Positions 1-13,400 of a stretch of DNA of 64,000 nucleotides are shown here, piece after piece. The position numbers were made by a program, and so were the translations under genes. Below the pieces are notes generated by a model that searched no databases, was not told the origin of the DNA, and saw nothing but the letters and a program-made list of their open reading frames with translations. Source of the stretch: Malacoraja senta (lineage: Eukaryota). Where the stretch lies: positions 6,140,001 to 6,204,000 of the forward strand of contig CM075993.1 of the NCBI GenBank assembly GCA_038087875.1, read 5' to 3'. Every line of letters starts with the position of its first letter. Positions within the stretch are counted from its first letter, which is position 1.

Positions 1-1218
1 AATTTTAAGATTCAATTAACATTAATGCATGGAAACGTCTATATCTGGAAATTAAATTCATAATTACAACATTTTGAGGCCAATGGAGAATTCCTAAGTT
101 ATCAGCAACATGGTCCTTTCATTAAACACTACCATTTTTTGGGTGGTTTTCTCAAAGCCATTGGGTTACTGGTCCCATAGGAATGGTAAGCTTTCAAGCA
201 TCTTTGACCATTATGCATGGTTGCCTAATCCAGGTTCTGTCATCAGATGCAGACACAAAGTACTGGACTAACTCAGTGGGTCAGGCAGCATCTCTGAAGG
301 GGTGGAAGATTGCAACCTTCACGTGGTCCGCCCTGTTTCGACTAATGCAAACAACTCGACGTGCACAAACGGAAGATCAAATAGAACAAGTTGTCCAACA
401 ACTTTAGGCTGTGCACGCCACACGAAAGAAGAAGAAGCATCTCTGAAGAAAAAGGATGTTTCGAGTCAGCATCCTTCTTCAGTAATCAGATATTTGTGTG
501 TTTCTCCCCCAGTTTCTAATGTGATTTAAGATCCCCTGATTATTGTTTCTTTAGAATATGCAAAATTACATTAATGCAGATTTAAACAAGTTCACATTCG
601 GTATTAAACTAACATGGTTTAAACTATGCTAGACTAGATTAGATTAGATGATTCTTTTCCCAGAGAGAATCTCTGAACCACATTGCCCGCTGGTGTGCTG
701 ACAACGTATCCTTGAAAGGAAGGATGGGATATCTCCTAGACTGGTTTTAATTGCCTTAGATGACTTTTTCCTCATTTGCCCGATGGAGCAAGTGTCCATC
801 ACCCTCTCTGCCATACCAGACATCTCCGAATCACTATCAGCTGCGGTGACTGGCTGAATGTGCAGATGTTGTGATCATCTGGGTGCCGATCGGGGCACAG
901 CAGGATGCCAAGAAACTGGTGTAGAAAGACTCAACTGTTGTGTTGTACCACTGGAGAGATCAGACTTTGGTAAAGTGACAGCACAGAAAAATCCTGCAAC
1001 ACTTCGTGTGAATCAATGATACCATGTCATAAGACTGAGCAACCTTGCAGGGTTCAACGCTGCCATTGCAATATTCAGTAGTAGTATGTTACCAATAGGC
1101 ATAATGTGGGGCAGATTATTCATCCAGAGGTCACAGGTTTGCAGTGAAGAGCATAGTGCAAGTGTTTCTGAGCTGCAAGATGGCCACAAGTCCCCGCTAT
1201 GTCCTGCCCTTGCTCCCA

Positions 1219-1491
1219 CTAAGGGCTGCTCCCCTCCTCGCTGGGTTTAATGAGCCCGTACTCCACCGCCCGCCCCAGGCAGTCCTTGGCAGTAGCCGAC
1301 ACTTTGGATTTCTTCTCGTCGCCGTCCTTTGCCAGCGTGGACATGATCTCCATCATCTCCGAGTCCATGAGCAGGGCAGCGAGCTCCCGGTCGGCGTTCA
1401 TTAGGTTGAGGGTGATGGCGGTGCCGCGATGCTGCAGGTCCACGTTGGGGCTCAGCACCAGCGCCTGCAGGATCTCCAGCCAGTGGCTGGT
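1219..1491 (-). CDS. UNC45A: UNC45A last coding exon [11 protein letters not shown]…[16 protein letters not shown]
   Basis: Acceptor after a poly-C tract (cggcag); TAG stop at 1219-1221. Confidence 0.95.
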   Translation of the reverse strand, partial: TSHWLEILQALVLSPNVDLQHRGTAITLNLMNADRELAALLMDSEMMEIMSTLAKDGDEKKSKVSATAKDCLGRAVEYGLIKPSEEGSSP

Positions 1492-4400
1492 CTGCCGGGG
1501 GGGGGGGGGGGGGGGAAGGAGAGACAAAGCGTAATGACAAAACAGAACGTTGCAACAACAAGCAGAACGCTGCAAGGTACATCTCGCAAAGTCCAGGCGG
1601 ACATCTTTAGACTTTAGACATACAGCGTGGAAACAGGCCCTTCGGCCCACCGAGTCCGTGCCGGCTAGTGACCACCCCCGTACACTGGCACTATCCTACA
1701 CGATACGGGCAATTTACAGAAGCCAATTAACCTACATCTTTGGAGTGTGGGAGGAAACCGGAGCACCTGGACCCACACAGTCACAGGGGGAACGTTCCAC
1801 GTTCCAACATCACCGGCAGTCACGATCGAACCAGGGTCTCTGGCGCTGTAGGGCAGCAACTCTACCGCTGTGCCGATTGTCTGATCGCCGGGGGGGAGGG
1901 GGGGGGAAGGGTATGCTGAGATCTAGTGAGCTGGTGTGCAGCAGTGAGCAGGGACGGTATGCAGAGTTTGAGTGAGCAGGGGAGGATGCCGGAGGTACTC
2001 ACCACCTGCGTCAGCTTGGTGCAAAGCTTAGGCTGCAGCGACGTCAGGAAGGCCACAGCCCCCGCGGCGGCACACCTCAGCTTCTCCTCCTCCTCGCCAC
2101 TGTACAGCACCAGGAGCTTCAGCCGATCCGTGCCCTCCGCTAGGAACATCTCCTGCACCTGAGACCACACACAAACGGAGAGACAAAGTAGTCGGTCAGC
2201 AGCAAATAAATATTCCTAAATATTCCAACTAAACAAAAAAAATCCAAGGAGCAAGCAGTTTTACATAGAATTTGTGCGAATGGGTGATTGAAAATCAGCA
2301 TGGACTCAGTGGGCCAAAGGGGCTGTTCATTGCTGTACCTTTAGGTTTAGTTTAGAGATACAGCACGGCGGAAACAGGCCCTTCGGCCCACCGGGTCCGC
2401 GCCGACCAGCAATCCCCGCACGTTAACACTACCCTACACCCACTAGGGATAATTTTACATTTACCAAGCCAATTAACCTACAAACCTGTACGTCTTTGGA
2501 GTGTGGGAGGAAACCGAAGATCTCGGAGATAAACCCATGCAGATCACGGGGAGAACGTACACACTCCGTAAAGACAGCACACGTAGTCGGGATCGAACAC
2601 GGGTCTCCGGCGCTGCGTTCGCTGTAAGGCAGCAACTCTACCGCTGCGCCACCGTGACAATCAATCCATTCCATCCATTTTTTACAGACAGAAGAAAATG
2701 CTATTCCCCTCCATGCTTTACTAAAAAAGACCCAAAGTGCTGGAGTAACTCAGCGTTTCTGATTTATGGATTTCTGGGCAAACTGGTGATGTTTCCTGTC
2801 AGGAGCATTTTCAGACTTACTCAATTTTTAGGTCTCGACCCGGAACGTCACCCGTTCCTTCTCTCCAGAGATGCTGCCTGTCCCTCTGAGTTACTACAGC
2901 TTTTTGTGTCTACCTTACTCAATATTTTAGCTAGTTACTAAAAACCACAAAAAAATGCAGATGCTGGAAATGAAAACAGAAAATGCTGATGTTACTCAGC
3001 AGGTCATACAGACTCTGTGGAGAGAGAAATCAGTCAGCATTTCAGATGGACAACATTTCCTGTTCCAATGTCATAAACCTTATATGTTACCTGTTTCTTA
3101 ATCCACAGATGATGTTTGACCAACTGAGTATCTCCAGCAGGTAAAGACAAGGAACGGCAGCTGCTGGTTTACCAAGGAAAGTCACAAAGTGCTGGAGTAC
3201 CTAGCGGGTCAGGCAGCATCCCTTGAGAACATGGATAGGTGACGTTTCAGGTCCGGACCTTTCTTAACCCTGACCAGGTCTGAAGAAGAGTCCCATCCCG
3301 AAACGTCCTCTATCCATGTTCACCAGAGAAGCTGCCTGACCCGCTGAGTTACTCCAAATGAGAAAGTATTATTCATTTATTTGTGTATCTCCAGCATGTT
3401 CTCTCTGTATTCTGCTGGTTAGTTTTGATTAGAAAATTCAATGCAATTCAGGTCAGTTCTCATTGCTTCATCAATGTATCACCATTGCGATTGCAACATC
3501 CATACCCTTGCACTTTCACTGGGACAATGGACTGAGCCAGGCACTGGTCTGGTAGGTCTGGCTGTTCCAGTTACCCCCCCCCCCCCCTCCTGCACGAGTT
3601 CAGCCAAGTCAGTGGGGATAGTACCAGGGGAACGAGCAACTCCAGACGCTGGAATCATCAACAAAATAACAATAGACAATAGGTGCAGGAGTAGAGGCCA
3701 TTCAGCCCTTTGAGCCAGCACCGCCATTCAATGCGATCATGGCTGATCATCCACAATCAGTACCCCGTTCCTGCCTTCTCCCCATATCCCCTGACTCCGC
3801 TAATTTTAACAGCCCTATCTAGCTCTCTCTTGAAAGCATCCAGAGAACCGGCCTCCACCACCCTCTGAGGCAGAGAATTCCACAGACTCCAAAGTCTGAT
3901 TGGCTTGGAAGACCATTCCAAAGTCAACCACGTTGGAATGGGGGCACAAGAAACCGCAGACACTGGAATCTTGAACAAAGCACAAAGTGCTGGAGGAACT
4001 CAGGGGTCAGACTGCATCTGTGGGGGGAATGGACAGATGATGTTTTGGGTCAGGACCCTTCTTCACACTGGGACCTCCCATGTGACTGCAGTCCGTACCG
4101 TGATGGGCCATTTACCTACAGAAAGGGTCGATGGAGCTGTCAATCCCGTTGTTATGACACAACGACAACACCTGCGAGACCCCGGAGGCCACTCACCTTT
4201 TCACTCAGGACCATGTTACACATGCACTCTGTCGCTGCCAGTCGGATCATCTCGTGGTCTTCAAACATGTAGCTCTCAATCATTGGTACTGCTTTTTCAT
4301 TAATTATCTTTTGCCTAAAATAAAAGTCAAAAGATTAATCAGCCTTGACTAATCGAAGAACCCTCACCTAAATCAGAACATAGTGGGTTCAGAAATCATT

Positions 4401-7400
4401 CCAGTGTCCAAGTAGAAGTTGTCAGAAGACACCAGCGTGTTTCTGATGGTTTACGACAGCAGGTGAGTAGCGACATGGATGCAGTCAGATGATGTTATTA
4501 AGGTTCAAGTGGCAGTAATCGCACGATTGTAACCTGAAACTGCACGTTGGTCAAATGAAACACCAGCCTGAACTAAGATGGATTCTGGTTTCAAATGGCT
4601 CTTTAACAAGATTTGAAAGACATTTGGGCAGGAACACAGATAGGAAAGGTTTGGAAGGATACGGGCTAAACACTGGCAGGTGGGACTCACATATAAGTGT
4701 ATGTGAGTCCCCTAATTTGAGGAAGGACATTGTTGCTATTGAGGGAGTGCAGCGTAGGTTTACAAGGTTATTTCCCGGGATGGCGGGACTGTCATATGCT
4801 GAGAGAATGGAGCAGCTGGGCTTGTACACTCTGGAGTTTAGAAGGATGAGAGGGATTCTCATTGAAACATATAAGATTGTTAAGGGCTTGGACACGCTAG
4901 AGGCAGGAAACATGTTCCCGATGTTGGGGGAGTCCAGAACCAGGGGCCACAGTTTAAGAATAAGGAGTAAGCCCTTTAGAACGGAGATGAGGAAACACTT
5001 TTTCTCACAGAGAGTGGTGAGTCTGTGGAATTCTCTGCCTCAGAGGGCGGTGGAGGCAGGTTCTCGGGATCCTTTCAAGAGAGAGCTAGATAGGGCTCTT
5101 AAAAATAGCGGAGTCAGGGGATATGGGGAGAAGGTAGGAACGGGGTACTGATTGGGGATGATCAGCCATGATCACATTGAATGGCGGTGCTGGCTCGAAG
5201 GGCCAAATGGCCAACTCCTGCACCTATTGTCTATTGTCTATAAGGGCGGCACGCTGGCGCAGCGGTAGAGTTGTTGTCTTACAGCGCTAGAGACGCAGGT
5301 TCGATCCTGACTACAGGTGCTTGTCCGTGTGGAGTTTCTGAGGGAGACACTCACCTCAACCTCTCACTGATTCCAGCCAAGTTGGTCAACGCCATCAGCG
5401 ACTCAAAGTTCTGCAGCCCCGTGCGCTCAAGGTGCAAGAGGCTAACGAGGGGTCGGATTACCTCGTAAACCTGGCAATGCAGAGACCAAAAGGAGACAGT
5501 TTAGCCTGTGACCATTTCCAATGCCTCAACCGCCAACCTCGGTACAGTACCTTCCATTGCATCAGTGTGACATCCTTGACACTAGCTTAGACATGTATGC
5601 AATAAGGGGAGTCAGAACACTTTATACACTATTAGAGCCATGGATTCATACAGCATGGAAACAGCCCCTTCAGCCCACTTTGCCCATGCCAACCAGGATG
5701 CCCCATCTACATCAGTCTCACTTGCCTACGTTCAGCCCATTTTCATCCAAGCCATTTCTAGCTATGCACGTTCAAGTGTCTTTTAAATGTTGTTATAGGT
5801 TTTGCCCCAATTACCTCCGCTGACAGTCATTCCATATGCCCAGGTAGACAAAAATGCTGGAGAAACTCAGCGGGTGAGGCACCATCTATGGGGCGATTTC
5901 CTTCGCTCCATAGATGCTGCCTCACCCGCTGGGTTTCTCCAGCAGTTTTGTCTACATTCGATTTTCCAGCATCTGCAGTTCCTTCTTAAACATTCCATAT
6001 GCCCATCACCCTCTGAGTGAAAAAGTTGCCCCTCAGGTTCCTACTAAATCTTACTCCTCTCGTCTTAAATCTATGCCCGCTGGTTCTTGATTCCCTTTCG
6101 CTGGGTAAAAAGCTCTGCGCATTCCCCTCATAATCTTACACACCTCTCTGTAAGATCACTCCTCAGCCTCCTGCGCTCCAGGGAATAAAGTCCTGGCCTG
6201 CCCAACCTCTCCCTATAGCTCAGGCCTTCGAGTCCTGGCAACATCCCTGCACCCCACCAGCATCTTTCCCACACCAGGGCAACCAAAACTGAACACAACA
6301 CTTCAAGTTGTCTCGAGTTCGACAAACCTCGATAAAGGACAAATCATTTCTATGTACAGACAGGAAGTTTCCACTAGTGGTAGAGTCTAGAATCAGAGGG
6401 CATAGCCTCAGAATAAAGGGGCGTACCTTTAGAAAGGAGATGGGGAGGGATTTCTTTAGTCATAGGGTGGTGAATCTGTGGAATTCATTGCCACAGATTG
6501 CCATGGGGGCCAAGCCAATGGGTATTCTTAAGGCGGAGATTGTCAGGTACTTGTTGGCCTTCATAACAAGAGGGGTTGATTATAGGAGCAAAGAGGTCAT
6601 TCTGCAGTTGTACAGGGTCCTAGTGAGACCACACCTGGAGTGTTGGTCTCCAAATTTGAGGAAGGACATTCTTGCTATTGAGGGAGTGCAGCATAGGTTC
6701 ACGAAGTTAATTCCCGGGATGGCGGGACTGTCATATGTTGATAGAATGGAGCGGCTGGGCTTGTATACTCTGGAATTAGAAGGAGAGGGGATCTTATTGA
6801 AACATATAAGATTATTAAGGGATTGGACACGCTAGAGGCAGAAAACATGTTCCCGATGTTGGGGGAGTCCAGAACCAGGGGCCACAGTTTAAGAATAAGA
6901 GGTAGGCCATTTAGAACGGAGATGAGGAAAAACTTTTTCACCCAGAGTTTTGTGAATCTGTGGAATTCTCTGCCTCAGAAGGCAGTGGGGACCAATTCAC
7001 TGGATGCTTTCAAGAGAGTGTTAGATAGAGGTCTTAAGGAAAGCGGAATCGGGGGATATGGCGAGAAGGCAGGAACGGGATACCGATTGTGGTTGATCAT
7101 CCATGATCACATTGAATGGCGGTGCTGGCTCGAAAGGCCAAATGGCCTACTCCTGCACCTATTGTCTATTGGGGTGTTATGGGGAGTAGGCAGGAGAATG
7201 GGGTTGAGAGGGAACAGTAGATCAGCCATGATTGAATGGCAGAGTAGACTCAATGGGCTGAATGGCCCACTTCTGCTCCTATGGATTATGAATTTATGAC
7301 TCGGATGTGCGCCAACAGACTTTGGCAGGGGTAGTCCAGGTGCACTTATGCTGAATATTTAAAGTTGAGAAAAGTGCAATTAATTGTGAAAAATGTAAAA

Positions 7401-10400
7401 CAAGAGATAAAATCCTTTGGAAGTAAATCCTCTGCACTTACTCTTTCTCCCGGAAAAGCAATCTCTGGATTTGAAGTGATTGTGATCTTTGCCAGTGCCT
7501 GGGCAGCCTTGGTCTTGCCAACCTCAGTGCCCTCTGATGCCAGAGGGAGCAATGCCTGTGAGAAGACCACCTGGTTAATTCTATCAGAACCAACAATACA
7601 GTTCCAGCGATTCACAGCGACAGGGGTGGTGCGATAATTAGCCACTGATCTCGGGCACTTGCCCGGGGGCCATTCCACCGATGTATCCACTGAGGAAGAG
7701 TCCAAAACTAGGGACAAGCAAGTCTAATCAATCTGATTTGATGAGTAACCGGGACCTGCACTTACAGTAGCGATGTTACAATACTCACCTTCAGCAGCGC
7801 TGCAGTTCTGCCATTGGCAGTGTTTTTCCTGCCGATATGGGGTTCAAATTCACTGCAACCGCAAAGTTCCAATCGATCGCGTTCCACAAAAACCCACTCG
7901 CAAGATGATTAAAATGCCCATTAATGTACGGGAATTAAACATTAAATTCCTTCCATTTGGCCTATAAATTCATGACAATGATATTTAAAAATCGTGTTAT
8001 ATTGTGAATTCTTGTGTGAATGTTATTTGGACACTTAGGCTATTTAAAAATGTTAACCTTTTCTTAAGAAATGGATAGATGTTTAGATCTAGTAATTGAA
8101 TTTTATAATTAGCTACAATTAAGTAACTAACTAATTATATGCTTTAATTTCAGATTGTTTCATATTTGTTTCAGAATGCTTCAATCTATAATAACTGAAA
8201 ATTTCATTCAGTTCACTTAATTTTTAAAAAAGTTAGGGGCTTTTGACTGTCCTCGATCACAGCTTTTGAGTTAAGTCAATGGAAAAGCAATAGGGAACAA
8301 GATGCTAATTTCAGTATGAAAATGGCCATAATTTTTTTAATACTGAAGATATGAAAGTGAATTGGATGTCAAATTAAACTTCCTTGTATGCTTTCTCCGA
8401 TGGGATAAATTGCAGACTGGATTTTAAAAATCTCAAAATTTTGTAACATTGCTACTTACAGTGAGCTTCGAGGGAATGACAGAGTTTGATTTGCTTTAGA
8501 CTTTGGAGATACGTCGTGGAAACAGGCCCTTCGGCCCACCGAGCCCGTGCCGACCAGCGGTCACCCTGTAATCCAACACTATCCTACACACTGGGGACAA
8601 TTTATCATTTTTACCAAAGCCAATTAACTCACAAACCTTTACCCTCGCGGTCACAGGGAGAAAGTACAAACTCTGTACAGACAGCAGCTGTGAAAGCAGA
8701 AGAAAGACGTGAAGGAGAAATCAATGGAATATATATTTTAAACCTGAGATAGGGAGATGCAAAATTGTGCAGTATAAACCCTGACATGGACCACTGAAGA
8801 AGGGTTTCGGCCCGTAACGTTGCCTATCTCCTTCGCTCCATAGATGCTGCTGCACCCGCTGAGTTTCTCCAGCATTTTTGTGTACCTGACATGGACCAAA
8901 TGGGATGAGGTTCATTTCTATGCTGGAATTTCTATCTTATTGTCAATTAAACACTTATCAATAGACAATAGACAACAGGTGCAGGAGAAGGCCATTCGGC
9001 CCTTCGAGCCAGCACCGCCATTCAATGTGATCACATCTACCGTCCACTACTGTGGGCGGTAGATTCCAGTCACATTGGAATAGCCTTCACTAACAGGGAA
9101 CTTGTCGACACATCGTTGGGATGTATGGGCAGTTCGCTGTCTGATATTCCAGGGCTGTGGGTCCTTGTGGCCTTGCTTCCCAACACCAGAGGGCGCATTC
9201 GGAAGTGAAAATCAACTGTTGTCAGACAGCCCGTTGCATTCCCACCATCAACATCACCGTCCTTATCCCGACAGTCCCACAGAATAAAAGCCGGCGTGTT
9301 TGGAGCTCACTCACCTTCCCTCCTCCCTGAGCAACCACAACTCCACGGTCCTCTGGGGCCTCCACCAGAGCCAGGAACACCCTGGAATACAGAGAGGGTT
9401 GGAGCCATCAGTCACGCCAGGCTGTATGTTCTGCTGTTTCATGGTGCCTCTTGCATGCGGGCTCAGCAGACTATTTCTGTACAATTGCTAATCAGGGATG
9501 TGCTTGGGTGTGGCAACTCCACTGGACTGTTTGTAAGAAAATAATGTCACTATGTGTATGTACTTCACTCTTGTAATGATAAAGCGATAGTAATCCAATG
9601 TTCTCTCCATCCGCTGCAGAGGCTCAGAGAATAAGGCATTTTCGTGGTATCATAGAAACATAGAAAATAGGTGCAGGAGGAGGCCATTCGGCCTTTCGAG
9701 CCAGCACCGCCATTCATTGTGATCATGGCTGATTGTCCCCTATCAATAACCCGTGCCTGCCTTCTCCCCATATCCCCTGATTCCATTAGCCCTAGAGCTC
9801 TATCTAACTCTCTCTTAAATCCATCCAGTGATTTGGCCTCCACTGCCCTCTGTGGCAGAGAATTCCACAAATTCACAACTCTCTGGGTGAAAAGGTTTTT
9901 TCTCACCTCAGTCTTAAATGGCCTCCCCTTTATTCTAAGACTGTGGCCCCTGGTTCTGGAGTATCTTGGTCAAGTTTGGCCTCAAATACCTCATAGGACC
10001 CAATGGGCCAAATGCCAATTACCTGGCCATGAAACAGCAATCGATACATTGTCCTGTGTGTCAATGTATGGAGCAACTGCTGATCATACTCACCGAGCAA
10101 TCATCTCCTTGCACGAATCGGTCAGAGCCGGGCTGTCCCTCTTCGCCATGCACACCAGTGCGGACACCACGCCCGTCTTCAGCAGCTTCCCAATCCGTTC
10201 CCCACATACTTGCTTTATCCTACATTCCAGAAAATGTCACCGCATTGTTCAATCTGCTTTCAATTTTCGAGGCAACCACAGTTATCAAGAAAAATAATCC
10301 TAACACTATTTAACATGATAACTAGGATGTTTATTTTACAATGTAAAAATTATAGTTTGGTTTAGTAAGTTTATTGGCCAAGTATTCACATACAAGGAAT

Positions 10401-13400
10401 TTGCCTTGGTGCTCCGCCCACAAGTAACAACAAGAGCAACTACTCGTGGATAAAAACTGTTTTTATGTCTGGCTGTGGCAGTTTAGTTTAGAGATACAGC
10501 GTGGAAACAGGCCCTTCGACACCAACCAGAAATCATGGTACACTACACTACGTACATTAGGGACAAATCTGTATTTAGCCCGTATTTCCTATAACTACTC
10601 ATATCAAATCACTCAGAATACACTTGTTACAATCCTTTCATTTCATCAAATATTGACTCATAATTTAACTAATGGAATATATATATATTGTATCCAATCA
10701 TTACCACCCTTCCAATTGTTAGTCAGAATTCATGACGGAGCAAATATATATCGGCAAGGCCAAGCGCACGCTCGGCGATCGTTTAACTGAACACCTCAGT
10801 CTGAAGAAGGTTCTCGACCCAAAATGTTACCCATTCCTTCTCTCCAGAGATGCTGCATGTCCGCTGAGTTACTCCAGCATTTTGTGTCTATCTGCAGTAA
10901 ACCAGCATCTGCAGTTCCTTACACATAATTATATTTTTTATTTTGACATGAGTGTTATCTGCTAAGCAATATAAGATAACCAATACCCGCCACACTCACA
11001 CCGGAGACGTGAACAGCACCAAATCAATCGTTAAACTCACTGCAGTTTGAACATGTTGTTAAAAACAAGCATCAAAGTGTAGGATTGACTCACCGGTTCA
11101 GGCAGCATCTCTGGAGAACATGGATAGGCGATGTTTTGTGTCAGGACCCTTCTTCAGACGCCGACCTTCACCGGAATCTGTCTGAAGAAGAGTCCCAACC
11201 TGTAACGTCTACTCCTGTCCTCCATAGATGCTGCCTGACCTGCTGAGTTAATCCAGCCCTTTGTAACATTTATTTTCAGCTCACGTCTGTGTCGACAAAA
11301 CATGTTGTCAGTTGCTTTTCAGGTGTGGTGGAGATAACAATCATAAGCTCAGAAGGTAGAGAATATTTGGAGTTCAGACCCCAAAGAGCTGTGGGGCGCT
11401 CACGTGTGCTCAAGGCTAAGATTACAGACCTTCTAGGAGAGAATTATTAGGTGCTGGGTTCAGAAAGGAAAGTGGCACTGAAGCACAGGGTCAGCAGTGT
11501 GGAAGCACCAGGAGATAATGGTGCTGGTGTTTGCAGATTCCCTCCGGCTCTGAGACACACTGCCCGAGCCCCATCACTCTCTGCACACACGGCACGATTG
11601 CGCTCGACCTTCGGGACGCACTGAAGCTCGGAGCAGCCAACGCCGAGGCTCTGGGGGGGGGGGGGGGGGGAGAGCAACAGTCTAGGGTCAAGTCAAGTCA
11701 AGTTTATTTGTCACATACACATACGAGATGTGCAGTGAAATGAAAAGTGGCAATGCCGGATGTTTCGCGATGTATGGACTGTCCACTGCCGGAGATTGGG
11801 GGGCAGGGTGTGATGGAAACGCCCCTCAAAACAAGGAAGGGATATCACCCCAGGGGGGGCACATGAGTGGCAAGGGTGGGGGTTAAAATTGTGAAAACAC
11901 TATGTAACGACTAATTGAATGTATGTATAGCCGCTGGGAGAATTGTTTGCACAGTTCCTGTATTGTACAAGGTACACAAAAATGCTGGAGAAACCTCAGC
12001 AGGTGCAGCAGCATCTATGGAGCGAAGGAAATAGGTAACGTTTCGGGCCGAAACCCTTCTTCTCCTGTATTGTACATATTCTTTAACTTTGAATAAAATT
12101 TATTTTGATTTTTTTTTTTAAAGATTGCGGCCTACCTTGGGGTGCTCCTCCGGGACATGCTGCTTGGCGTACTTGGCTAGTTCCAGCATCTGTGGGTCGG
12201 GAGTTTCCTTGTCGTAGCTGTTGGTGCAGTTCACAAGGGTGGACGCCACTGCAAAGAGGGCGGTTTTATCTTCCGACTGGAGAGGGGGAAAGGCGAGAGA
12301 TCATCACACACCCACGTGCGTCCAGTCCCGACGGCACTCGGCACCAGCAGGTGGTTGTAGAGCCCCAGCGAGCCATACATCACGAAACAAGCCCTCCGCC
12401 CAACCTGCCCAAGATACCCATCTAAGCCAGTCCCACCTTTGTCCCAGTCCCACGCCCTTCCATCAAAACCTGTCCTATCCATGGACCAGTCCAAACGTTT
12501 CTTTAATGTTGTCATAGTACCTGCCGCAACGACCTCCTCTAGCAGCACCTTCCTTACGCTCACCACCCTCTAAGTCCAAAGTGCAGTTAAATACTAAATG
12601 TCTCCACACACCAATGAGACCGACAAAGACAATCAGGAGTGGGAACGGTTTCTCCTCCATACCCGAGGGTCCAGTGAACCTCACATCTCTGGCCTGGTTG
12701 GGCAGCACCCTGGCACTATCTAACACCTAGAATAGCAAAAGGCTTGGATAGAGTGGATGTGGAGAGGATGTTTCCACTAGTGGGAGAGCCTAGAACCAGA
12801 GGGCGTAACCTCAGAATAAAAAGGACGTACCTTTAGAAAGACGATGAGCAGGAATTTCTTTGGTCAGAGGGTGGTGAATCTGTGGAATTCATTGCCAAAT
12901 ATGGCTGTGGAGGCTAAGTTAATGGATAAGGCGGAGATTGACAGATTCTTGATGAGGAAGGGCGTCAGAGGTTATGGGGAGAAGGCAGGAGAATGGGGCT
13001 GAGAGGGAGAGATAGATCAGCCATGATTGAATGGCAGTGTAGTACTTGATGGGCCAAATGGCCTAATTCTGCTCCTATCACTTATGAACCTACCTGCAAA
13101 GGTTTGGCTGGAGGTGACTACAAACTGCACCCCTGCTCTGCCTGACCAAACATATCAAGCACCTCGGTTTAATATTCACCACGTCACAATGCACTCGAAC
13201 AACCCAAAGGGGATAACTGCAGACTGGGACACAGCTCGTACACACTAGGTCTCCCTGTGTCCGCCACTCCACTGGGGACGTACCTTTGCCAGCTCAAACA
13301 TAGCTTGCATTGCAGGCTGATCAGCCACAAAGTCCTCCCTTGACGTCAGCGTCGAAGGTCAGATAGGCCAGTCCCTCCGTGGCCCAGCGCCGCGTGCTGG

